Assembly: GCA_003345555.1 (NCBI GenBank)
Contig: PRDJ01000002.1
Location: forward strand, 1 to 21,065
Source of the DNA: Candidatus Thorarchaeota archaeon
Lineage (GTDB): Archaea > Asgardarchaeota > Thorarchaeia > Thorarchaeales > Thorarchaeaceae
Length of the DNA stretch: 21,065 nucleotides
Direction: 5' to 3'
The position numbers and the translations under genes were made by a program. Within the stretch, counting starts at the first letter, position 1. Every line of letters starts with the position of its first letter. The notes beneath the pieces are model-generated. The model made no database searches. It was not told where the DNA came from and saw only the letters and a list, made by a program, of their open reading frames with translations. This document shows, piece by piece, positions 1 through 7,832 of this stretch.

Positions 1-1
1 T

Positions 2-772
2 GGCAGCATCTGGTTGCACCTAGACTGGCACGTTTCACACTACGCAAGAGTCCTCATGGACGAAATCCTCGGGTACGACAACTTCGTCAATGAAATAGTA
101 TGGCGGCGCACGAACAGCCCCAAGGCACAGAGTAAGGGCTTCGGCAGCCAACATGACACAATCCTAGTGTATGCCAAGGATTCTTCGCTGTTTCGGGCTC
201 GGCCCGTCTACCGAGAGCATGATTCAAAATCCGTCACGCCGTACAGGTACAAGGATGAGAAAGGCAGGTTCAGGCTGATTGAGATAGAGGCGCAGGGCAT
301 CCAGAGGTCTGAAGACAGGAAGCAGTTTGAATGGAGGGGACGCACCGCACCGTACCTGTACAAGAGAGAAACACTGGATGAGTGGTGGAATCAAGACCTC
401 ATATACAGAAGCAGGAACGGACGCTACTCAAAGAAGCGATACCTCGATGATGTGCCTGGAGTCGTGGTATCAGATTTGTGGCTCGACATTCCACCCATCC
501 AAGGAAGTTCGTCGGAGTATACTGGGTTTCTCACTCAGAAACCTGAGTTGCTGTTGCAGAGAATCATCGAGTGTGCCACAGGTACAGGCGATCTTGTTGG
601 AGATTTCTTCGCAGGGACAGGAACCACTGCCGTCGTAGCAGAGAAGACAGGCCGTAGATGGGCAATCTGTGACTTGTCTGAAGCAGCCATAGAGGTTGCG
701 AGTAGAAGGTTGTCTAATATGGGCTGCCACTTCCGTGTCACTCGGTCAGAAGTCTTGGTTGACACCTATTGA
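2..772 (+). CDS. Site-specific DNA methyltransferase, N6-adenine/N4-cytosine type, Mod-like beta class; 5' end lies outside the window
   Basis: The frame is open from base 2 (GSIWLHLDWHVSHYARVLMDEILG...NEIVWRR). It has the TQKPELLLQRII motif and SAM-binding motif I (DFFAGTGTT) near the C-terminus. The catalytic DPPY-type motif is expected upstream of the window. Confidence 0.9.
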   Translation, partial: GSIWLHLDWHVSHYARVLMDEILGYDNFVNEIVWRRTNSPKAQSKGFGSQHDTILVYAKDSSLFRARPVYREHDSKSVTPYRYKDEKGRFRLIEIEAQGIQRSEDRKQFEWRGRTAPYLYKRETLDEWWNQDLIYRSRNGRYSKKRYLDDVPGVVVSDLWLDIPPIQGSSSEYTGFLTQKPELLLQRIIECATGTGDLVGDFFAGTGTTAVVAEKTGRRWAICDLSEAAIEVASRRLSNMGCHFRVTRSEVLVDTY

Positions 773-1503
773 CCTGTACTCTTGATTTCTCTGATGGCGC
801 CTCCCGGAGCTACGTCCTTAGGACAGGCCTTCACACAGTTCATAACCAGCTCACACATTGGCGCGCCTTCGCGGCGCTTGGCAACCTCGAGATATCTCCC
901 TCGATTCATCACTCGACTGTCCTGATAGAACCGCCAAGCCTTTGCCAAAGCGGCAGGCCCCATGAATTCAGTATGACTGTCGCACACGGGGCACGCAGCC
1001 AAGCATATCGCGCAGCTTATGCAATTGGCATACCTGTCAAATCTCGAGAGCTCTGCTGGAATCTGCGTTCTCGGTTCTTGTCCGTCTTCAGGGTCCGTCC
1101 AGAGCTTCATCTCCTCGAATCTCTGATAGAACGAGGACATGTCGACTACAAGGTCCTTCAGTACCGGCAGAACCGGCAAAGGCTCGATAATAACCACTGA
1201 ATCGCCCAATTCCCTCAACTGCGCGGTCTCAATAGCTGGGAATTCTCTGAGCCTGAGAGTTGCCTGCTTGATAGTCTCAACAGGTGTTCTGCAAGCAAGC
1301 CGTGGCACCCTGTCAATGAGCATCGCACAGCTGCCGCACACAGCTCCTCTGCACGAATACCGAAAAGACAGCGATGGATCAATGTCGTCCTGAATTCGAA
1401 ACAGCACATCCAGGACCGTCATCCCCTTGGTCACTGACAGATTGTAGTCATCGTAACGAGTTATCCTTCGGCCTTCTGGACTCCTAGCTATTCTGAAGAT
1501 CAT
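766..1503 (-). CDS. sdhB: Succinate dehydrogenase/fumarate reductase iron-sulfur subunit
   Basis: SCRGAVCGSC...LAC ([2Fe-2S]), CISCAICLAACP ([4Fe-4S]) and CELVMNCVKACP ([3Fe-4S] spacing). The ATG overlaps the sdhA stop (TGATG). Confidence 0.93.
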   Translation of the reverse strand: MIFRIARSPEGRRITRYDDYNLSVTKGMTVLDVLFRIQDDIDPSLSFRYSCRGAVCGSCAMLIDRVPRLACRTPVETIKQATLRLREFPAIETAQLRELGDSVVIIEPLPVLPVLKDLVVDMSSFYQRFEEMKLWTDPEDGQEPRTQIPAELSRFDRYANCISCAICLAACPVCDSHTEFMGPAALAKAWRFYQDSRVMNRGRYLEVAKRREGAPMCELVMNCVKACPKDVAPGGAIREIKSTGQ

Positions 1504-3185
1504 CAGTACTCGCGCTCCTTGACTTGAAACATGCCCAGATTCACGGGTTTGTAACCGACAACGAGGCGACCTTTCGTCTTGGTGACGACAGTGTGCTTGA
1601 GAAACCGTTGGTCGTCTCTCTTCGGAAAGTCTGTCCTCGAGTGAGCTCCCCTGCTCTCCTCTCTAGCTAGCGCCGACACGGCCGTCACTTCTGCCAGCTG
1701 CAGCATGTTCTGAAGCTCAAGCGCTCTTATGAGAGCGTAATTGAACCGCGAGTCCGTGCAACCGGCAGTCATCTTCCTGCTTCTTTCCTGCAATGACTTG
1801 ATCATATTCAATGCGATGCTTAGGCCCTGAGAGTCCCGGAATATCCCCACATACTGATTCATCATACTGCACAATTCACTTCTAATCACACTTGGGGACT
1901 GGCCCGTTCCCTTTGATAGTAATGCCTGCATCCTTTCTGTGGTACGCCGCAACCCGCCACCAAGATTACTCTTCTCAACCCTGCCGGTCGTCTTCAAGTA
2001 GTCCTTGACTGCCACGCCAACTATTCTTCCGAATACCAGGGTCTCAAGCAATGAATTGCCGCCGAGACGATTTGCACCGTGGACACTCATGCAGGCTGCC
2101 TCTCCCAATGAATAGAGCCCTTTCAGAACCGTGGTCCCATTCTTGTCACAATCAACTCCCCCCATCGAGTAGTGCTGACCGGGTTGAATGGGAATGGGCC
2201 GATCGACAGGATCCACATCTGCGAAGTGAATAGAGATTTCACGTATACCGGGTAGCCTTTCAGCGATTCGGTCCTTCCCCAAGTGACGAATGTCGAGATG
2301 GACATAGGCATTCTCGAATCCTCTGCCTTCATTGATTTCAGTCTGGATCGCCCGGGCAACCACATCGCGGGGAGCAAGCTCCATAGCAGAAGGCGCATAG
2401 TTCTTCATGAACCGTTCGTCCTTCGAATTGAACAGCAAACCGCCCTCTCCCCTAGCGGCTTCGCTGATGAGAATATTGGAGCCATAAAGAGTCGTCGGAT
2501 GGAATTGTACAAACTCCATGTCCTTCAGGGGGACGCCAACGTCAAGTGCCAAGGCACACCCATCTCCAGTATTGATTAGAGCATTCGTCGATCGAGCATA
2601 GATTCGTCCATAGCCGCCTGTAGCAATGACAACCGCTTTCGCCGAGATGGGATGGACTTCGCCTGAAGGGATCTCGAGTGCCGTAAGACCACAGACACCG
2701 CTTCCGGACTTGACAAGGGATGTGGCGAACCATTCATTGTAGAACTTGACCCCTTTCCTGGTCGCCTGCTCGAAGGTTGTGTGCAAAAGGTTGTGACCCG
2801 TCCGGTCTGCCGCGTAGCACGTGCGAGGAAATCCGGCCCCACCGAATGGTCTCTGGGCAATTCTGCCGTCTTCCGTTCTTGAAAAAGCAGTACCCCACCG
2901 TTCGTTCTCGATCACAGCTCTTGGTCCATCCTTTGCCAAGAGCTCCACGACGTCCTGGTCTGCAAGGTAGTCTGAGCCCTTCACCGTGTCAAACGCATGA
3001 GCTTGCCACGTATCAGAAGGGCCAAAGGCGGCATTGATGCCTCCCTGAGCCGCGACCGAATGAGACCTAAGCGGGTGAACCTTCGTGACGACCGCAACAT
3101 CGCAGGCGTCGACAAGCTCAATAGCGACTCTCAGGCCTGAAAGGCCCGCGCCAATGACTACGACATCGTGCATCAATGTCAACAA
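1503..3185 (-). CDS. sdhA: Succinate dehydrogenase/fumarate reductase flavoprotein subunit
   Basis: DVVVIGAGLSG Rossmann motif, RSHSVAAQGG covalent-FAD His motif, QFHPT, EAARGEGG, HYSMGG, HGANRLGGNSLLE and REESRGAH. SD-like GGAGTGA lies just upstream. The real start may be TTG 3182 or ATG 3173. Confidence 0.95.
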   Translation of the reverse strand: MLTLMHDVVVIGAGLSGLRVAIELVDACDVAVVTKVHPLRSHSVAAQGGINAAFGPSDTWQAHAFDTVKGSDYLADQDVVELLAKDGPRAVIENERWGTAFSRTEDGRIAQRPFGGAGFPRTCYAADRTGHNLLHTTFEQATRKGVKFYNEWFATSLVKSGSGVCGLTALEIPSGEVHPISAKAVVIATGGYGRIYARSTNALINTGDGCALALDVGVPLKDMEFVQFHPTTLYGSNILISEAARGEGGLLFNSKDERFMKNYAPSAMELAPRDVVARAIQTEINEGRGFENAYVHLDIRHLGKDRIAERLPGIREISIHFADVDPVDRPIPIQPGQHYSMGGVDCDKNGTTVLKGLYSLGEAACMSVHGANRLGGNSLLETLVFGRIVGVAVKDYLKTTGRVEKSNLGGGLRRTTERMQALLSKGTGQSPSVIRSELCSMMNQYVGIFRDSQGLSIALNMIKSLQERSRKMTAGCTDSRFNYALIRALELQNMLQLAEVTAVSALAREESRGAHSRTDFPKRDDQRFLKHTVVTKTKGRLVVGYKPVNLGMFQVKEREY

Positions 3186-3305
3186 GCTTCACTCCAAACG
3201 CAAGTCCAAAACGAAGGACGCCTTGCTCTTCAGCCTCTGATTTTCTTTCCGGTAAAGTACGTGCTTCTTGTCGAGTTAGGTATACATCAACAGAACTCGC
3301 TAAGC

Positions 3306-4697
3306 CTAGACCATCTTTGACGGGTCCAACAGCTCATCTAGGTCACCATCAATGTGAACACCCATATCGGCCAGTGTCTCTCTGATTGTTCGTCCAGACT
3401 TGTATGCGGTTCTGGCAATCTCTGCAGCCTTATCATATCCCAGAATTGGCGTTAGGCGAGTCACAATCATGAGGCTTCTTTCAAGCTGGTCATGGAGCAC
3501 GGACTCGTTTGCCTCGAGCCCCGTAAGACAGTGTTTTACGAACGAAGCAATTCCGCCAGAGAGTATCGCAATGCTGTCGAGCAAATTCACAATCATGATG
3601 GGCTTGGCCACATTCAGGTCAAGTACGCTGCCAAACCCCTCGGCCAATGATATGACCTGATCATTACCAACGACCTGAATGCACACTTGGATGAGAGCCT
3701 CTGACTGAGTTGGGTTAACCTTGCCCGGCATTATCGATGACCCGGGTTCATTTTCCGGCAGAAGAAGCTCGCCCAGACCTGCCCTAGGACCGCTTCCCAT
3801 CCACCTGATATCATTCGCCATCTTCATGCAAGACAGTGCCAGAGACCGAAGTGCTGCGCTAGTTAGTACCAAAACAGAGTGGCTGGCAATACCCTCTGCT
3901 TTCACAGGGTTGATCTTGATCTCAGACTTGGTCATTGCGCCGAGCTGCTTCACAGCGGCTTCGGCAAATCCCTTGGGAGCATTGAGACCTGTCCCGACAG
4001 CGGTGCCCCCCAGCGGTATCACGAGAAGCTCCTCGCAGACATGCTCTGTTTGTTCAAGGCTTGCGGCGATTTGTCTCCGGTAGACTTCGAATTCCATCGA
4101 CAACCGAATGGGTACGGCATCCTGAAGATGAGTGCGGCCCACTTTCACAATTCCTTCGAACTCTGCAATCTTCGAGTCGAGAGCGTCGATGAGACCATTG
4201 ATAACAGGAATGAGACTGCTTTGAATTGCATCCAAAGCGGCTACGTGCATGGCGGCAGGAATCACATCATTTGATGATTGACTCATGTTTGCGTGGTCAT
4301 TGGGGTGAACCGGCGATTGCCGTCCTTTGGGGTGACCAAGGATTTCGTTTGCCCGATTGGCCAAGACCTCATTCATGTTCATGTTAGTCTGAGTGCCTGA
4401 ACCAGACTGATACACGTCAATCGGGAACTGATCCAGAAACCTGTGCTCAATGATGATTTCATCCGCAGCTTGAACAATCGCCCTTCCTAACTTCGAATCC
4501 AACACGCCAATCGACATGTTTGCAAGAGCACAGGCCTTCTTCACCTTTGCAAGAACAACAATGAACTCAGGGGGCATCCTTCTTCCGCTAATCTGGAAGC
4601 TCTCCAGTGCTCTCTGAGTACCGACTCCCCAATATGAGTCCGCGGGAACTTCCACTTCACCTAGGAAATCTTTCTCAATCCTTTTCTTGCCGGTCAT
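3306..4697 (-). CDS. fumC: Class II fumarate hydratase
   Basis: GSGTQTNMNMNEV, HPNDHANMSQSSND, GRTHLQDAVP and GSSIMPGKVNPTQSEA. The NPTQ form matches FumC rather than aspartase. SD GAGGTG at 4712-4707, 9 nt before the ATG. Confidence 0.92.
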   Translation of the reverse strand: MTGKKRIEKDFLGEVEVPADSYWGVGTQRALESFQISGRRMPPEFIVVLAKVKKACALANMSIGVLDSKLGRAIVQAADEIIIEHRFLDQFPIDVYQSGSGTQTNMNMNEVLANRANEILGHPKGRQSPVHPNDHANMSQSSNDVIPAAMHVAALDAIQSSLIPVINGLIDALDSKIAEFEGIVKVGRTHLQDAVPIRLSMEFEVYRRQIAASLEQTEHVCEELLVIPLGGTAVGTGLNAPKGFAEAAVKQLGAMTKSEIKINPVKAEGIASHSVLVLTSAALRSLALSCMKMANDIRWMGSGPRAGLGELLLPENEPGSSIMPGKVNPTQSEALIQVCIQVVGNDQVISLAEGFGSVLDLNVAKPIMIVNLLDSIAILSGGIASFVKHCLTGLEANESVLHDQLERSLMIVTRLTPILGYDKAAEIARTAYKSGRTIRETLADMGVHIDGDLDELLDPSKMV

Positions 4698-4857
4698 TCA
4701 AACGTGCACCTCTGGCTGCTTATCGACGCAAGCATTTCAGACTCAATCACAGGTGTTCCTTGGACCCGGAATTGGTTCCACTGTCCACTTGGAACCTGAA
4801 GTCTTATCCCCTTTGGTCAGGTCCGGAGATAAATCCACACGTACTGAAACAGCCTAC

Positions 4858-5382
4858 CTATTGGCTGGAGGAGTACCGAGAAGCCGCTCTTTCTTCATTG
4901 AACCAAGGTGATTCGCTGCCGGGAACTCTGTGTGATCTCACCACTAGAAGCCCGACGATTAGCTGAATAGGAACGGGCCCGTCGTATGCCAGATAATGTA
5001 AAGCAAGGTAGGTTGGGACTTTGAGGGCCAAGATGAACAACGGAACGGCGATGCTCGCCAAGGCTGCAACGCGCACCCATTTTCTTGAGCACTTGTCTTG
5101 ACAATGGCGGACGACCAACACGCCGAATACTATTCCAAAGAATGTGACAGATAGATAGCCAATAATATGGAGAGGTTCGAACACGAACAACCCTGCCGTA
5201 TAGAAGTTCTCCCCAGTCCCGAAAGACCATACTGGTGCTATCACCAAGATATCCACAGACATAACTGAACTGTCCAGTGATCTGTAGGTGAATGGACTAC
5301 CCACTGCAATCGGTGCGAACAATGTCACAAGAGTCATCAAGAACACAATCTGACGGATTGTGAGGACACTGAACCATCTCAT
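4858..5382 (-). CDS. Hypothetical integral membrane protein, 174 aa, about 4 TM segments
   Basis: Hydrophobic stretches IVFLMTLVTLFAPIAVG, IIGYLSVTFFGIVFGVLVV, VAALASIAVPLFILAL and PIQLIVGLLVV. ATG 5382 is preferred over the track's TTG 5427 because a TATA-like TTAATACA lies at 5440-5433. Confidence 0.75.
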   Translation of the reverse strand: MRWFSVLTIRQIVFLMTLVTLFAPIAVGSPFTYRSLDSSVMSVDILVIAPVWSFGTGENFYTAGLFVFEPLHIIGYLSVTFFGIVFGVLVVRHCQDKCSRKWVRVAALASIAVPLFILALKVPTYLALHYLAYDGPVPIQLIVGLLVVRSHRVPGSESPWFNEERAASRYSSSQ

Positions 5383-5612
5383 CGGCTCTTCATTCCCCGC
5401 TCGTTCCCTCGCAAGGAGGTCACGCAAGAGTCTGTATTAAGGCCATCGCCCGCACGACAGAACGCGAGCAGTGCAGTCTGTGCTGATGGAGCAGACAGGA
5501 GGGTACTTTGACCGCAAACCCTGATGGATTCAGCAGATGCCATCGCAGACATGAAAGCGATGCCGACGAGTGAACAGAAGAGAGCCAGACCATGAATGAT
5601 CGCGCCTATCAT
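5379..5612 (-). CDS. Possible small protein with a signal-peptide-like N-terminus (77 aa from ATG 5612; 89 aa from GTG 5648)
   Basis: MIGAIIHGLALFCSLVGIAFMSAMASA has a hydrophobic core and ends in A-S-A. Its TGA overlaps the next ATG (ATGA, 5382-5379). There is no clear SD and no recognisable family. Confidence 0.25.
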   Translation of the reverse strand: MIGAIIHGLALFCSLVGIAFMSAMASAESIRVCGQSTLLSAPSAQTALLAFCRAGDGLNTDSCVTSLRGNERGMKSR

Positions 5613-5673
5613 GACCCAACACGCCGAAGAGCTTAATTGATTTGTCACCTAAGAGTGTACGGAGGAAAGGGAA

Positions 5674-5850
5674 GTGTCCTTTAACAAATCCGTGAAACCA
5701 ATTGAATACATCGTGATTATTCTCGCGCTTGCCCTTACTGTGTGGGGTATCTCTGCATATATCGCAGGCGGAGAAATGACTCTCGCTCTGCTCTTCATCG
5801 GCTTCTTTGTATTCCTTGTTGCTTTGCTGATCTACGTTTACAGAAAGTAA
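5674..5850 (+). CDS. Small 58-aa membrane protein with two TM helices (not in the ORF track)
   Basis: GGAGG at 5661-5665, 8 nt before GTG 5674. Translation: MSFNKSVKPIEYIVIILALALTVWGISAYIAGGEMTLALLFIGFFVFLVALLIYVYRK*. Two hydrophobic runs with a short loop and basic termini. Confidence 0.8.
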   Translation: MSFNKSVKPIEYIVIILALALTVWGISAYIAGGEMTLALLFIGFFVFLVALLIYVYRK

Positions 5851-5960
5851 CCGATACAGGTCAATCGTACTCTGACTCGCACTCGCCGACTGATGTGACA
5901 GTCAGTACCAGACCCAAGTCAACTGTTCCCATAGAGCTCGTATCAAAAGGGCGCGAGGTT

Positions 5961-5978
5961 CGAAAGCAATCTTTAAAT
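5961..5978 (+). promoter_or_regulatory. BRE + TATA promoter of the thermosome gene
   Basis: CGAAAG (5961-5966) followed by TTTAAAT (5972-5978). Implies a start site near 6000 and a ~78-nt leader. SD AAGGTG at 6065-6070, 8 nt before ATG 6079. Confidence 0.65.
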
Positions 5979-6078
5979 GCTAAACGCGAAGTCCATGTAC
6001 AGTTTTGACTGGCAGCCTCAGCTTAGGCTGAGATGAGAACGCTTTCAGTCTGTTAGGAAACGATAAGGTGTATGTCAT

Positions 6079-7743
6079 ATGGCACAGTTAAGTGGCACAC
6101 CCGTTTTGATTCTAAAAGAAGGCACTCAGCGGACACGTGGGAAATCTGCCCAGGCGAACAACATCATGGCAGGCATCGTGATTTCTGATGCTATCAAGTC
6201 CACACTAGGTCCACGCGGCATGGACAAGATGTTGGTTGACTCGCTGGGTGACGTAACAATCACAAACGACGGTGCATCAATCCTGAAGGAGATCGACGTA
6301 CAGCATCCCGCCGCAAAGATGCTTGTGGAGGTCGCAAAGAGCCAAGACCAAGAAACCGGCGATGGTACAACATCATCAGTCATCATCGCTGGAGAACTCC
6401 TGAAGAGGGCTCAGGAACTCCTTGACAAGAAGATTCACCCGACGGTTATTGTCGGTGGATATCAGAGAGCTTCCGACGAAGCCACAAAGATACTCGACCA
6501 AATCTCGGTATCTATGACCGGTCTCGACAAGAAAGTTCTCATAAGCATTGCAAACACTTCGATGAACAGCAAGTCCATTGTAGGTGCAAGAGACCACTTC
6601 TCTGCTATCGCAGTTGATGCTATTCTGCAAATAGTCGAGAAGGTCGACGGCAAGAACAAGGCAGACATCGACATGATTGAGGTCACCAAGAAGCAAGGCA
6701 AGAGCCTCACCGAAACCGAACTCGTCAAGGGCATAGTTATCGACAAGGAAATAGTGCACACTGCCATGCCGAGAAAGGTCCCAAGCGCGAAAATCGCTTT
6801 GGTCGATGCCGCAGTAGAAGTCGAGAAGACCGAGTTCGATGCTGAGATTAAGATCGAGAAGCCCGACCAGATCAAGGCCTTCCTTGATGAAGAAGAGCAC
6901 ATGATTAAGGGCATGGTCGACAAGATCATTGCAAGCGGCGCTAACGTCCTTGTGTGTCAGAAAGGAATCGATGACGTTGCACAGCACTTTCTCGCGAAGG
7001 CTGGTATCATGGCTGTCCGTAGGGCAAAGAAGAGCACACTGGAGAAGCTCGCAAAGGCCACAGGCGGCAAAGTTGCAAGCAGCCTTGGGGAACTTGACTC
7101 AAGCTACCTCGGGACCGCAGGTCTCGTCGAGGAAGTCAAGATTGGCGATGACAAGCTCGTTTACGTCAGAGACTGCAAGGATCCGAAGGCCGTTTCAATA
7201 GTCATCAGAGGCGGTACTGAGCACGTGGTAGATGAAGCAGAGAGAGCTATGCATGATGCTCTTTCAGTCGTCAGAAACGTGGTTGAGGACGGCACATATG
7301 TCGCAGGCGGCGGCGCGGTAGAGGCCGAGATTGCCAAGCGCCTTGTAGTTTTTGCAGCCGAAGTCAAGGGTCGTGAGCAGCTTGCGATTGAGGCGTTTGC
7401 CGACTCTCTCAGAGTGATACCGAGGACTCTAGCAGAGAACGGCGGGCATGACCCAATCGATATCATGGCCGAGCTCAACAAGGAGCACACCAAGCCAACT
7501 GGTATGTGGTACGGCGTGGATGTCTTTGTCGGTCACGCCGCTGATATGATGAAGGCCGGAGTGATTGAACCCACCCGTGTCAAGAGACAGGCAGTCCGTT
7601 CTGCGTCCGAAGCAGCACAGATGCTTCTGAGGATTGATGATGTGATTGCCGCAAAGTCCAGCGCGCCTCCAGCAGGCGGCCCCGGTGGCCCTGGTGGTCC
7701 AGGCGGTCCTGGCGGCATGGGTGAAATGGGCGGAATGTATTAG
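6079..7743 (+). CDS. ths: Thermosome (group II chaperonin) subunit; alpha/beta not resolved
   Basis: [38 protein letters not shown] and LLRIDDVI, with a Gly/Met-rich tail. Confidence 0.97.
   Translation: MAQLSGTPVLILKEGTQRTRGKSAQANNIMAGIVISDAIKSTLGPRGMDKMLVDSLGDVTITNDGASILKEIDVQHPAAKMLVEVAKSQDQETGDGTTSSVIIAGELLKRAQELLDKKIHPTVIVGGYQRASDEATKILDQISVSMTGLDKKVLISIANTSMNSKSIVGARDHFSAIAVDAILQIVEKVDGKNKADIDMIEVTKKQGKSLTETELVKGIVIDKEIVHTAMPRKVPSAKIALVDAAVEVEKTEFDAEIKIEKPDQIKAFLDEEEHMIKGMVDKIIASGANVLVCQKGIDDVAQHFLAKAGIMAVRRAKKSTLEKLAKATGGKVASSLGELDSSYLGTAGLVEEVKIGDDKLVYVRDCKDPKAVSIVIRGGTEHVVDEAERAMHDALSVVRNVVEDGTYVAGGGAVEAEIAKRLVVFAAEVKGREQLAIEAFADSLRVIPRTLAENGGHDPIDIMAELNKEHTKPTGMWYGVDVFVGHAADMMKAGVIEPTRVKRQAVRSASEAAQMLLRIDDVIAAKSSAPPAGGPGGPGGPGGPGGMGEMGGMY
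7675..7737 (+). repeat. Coding low-complexity repeat (GGP)4-GGMGEMGGM at the thermosome C-terminus
   Basis: ggcggcccc ggtggccct ggtggtcca ggcggtcct ggcggcatg... The repeat is exact at protein level with varied third positions. Confidence 0.9.
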
Positions 7744-7753
7744 GAAACGAAAA

Positions 7754-7810
7754 GAGATGGAACCCTCAGGCTCCATCTCATCTCTTCTTTTGTCTTTCAG
7801 TTCTTCTTTC
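7754..7810 (+). terminator. Stem-loop plus pyrimidine tract after the thermosome gene
   Basis: GAGATGGA (7754-7761) pairs with TCCATCTC (7772-7779), followed by ATCTCTTCTTTTGTCTTTCAGTTCTTCTTTC. Confidence 0.6.
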
Positions 7811-7832
7811 GCTCTTGAATGGAGAGGGTCCA

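Noticed and set aside
766-3185. Annotation as methanogen thiol:fumarate reductase TfrAB or Sulfolobus-type SDH
   Set aside because: The B subunit lacks CCG domains and its third cluster has [3Fe-4S] spacing.
4789-4799. TGGAACCTGA, resembling the TPP riboswitch core
   Set aside because: No upstream CUGAGA, no P5 stem, and it lies on the strand opposite the downstream genes.
4815-4827. GGTCAGGTCCGGA, matching part of the bacterial SRP RNA helix 8
   Set aside because: The required continuation AGGAAGCAGC is absent (GATAAATCC follows) and no SRP helix can be formed.
5951-5970. GGTTCGAAA, resembling a tRNA T-loop
   Set aside because: No T-stem or cloverleaf; the bases are better explained as the thermosome BRE.
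5742-6008. 88-aa ORF in the track
   Set aside because: It overlaps the better-supported 58-aa ORF in another frame, runs through the thermosome promoter and has no SD.
6126-7776. Long antisense ORFs (6376-6987, 6462-6929 and similar ones opposite fumC, asnB, coaD and nnr)
   Set aside because: Shadow frames of well-supported genes, with no motifs or SD sites.
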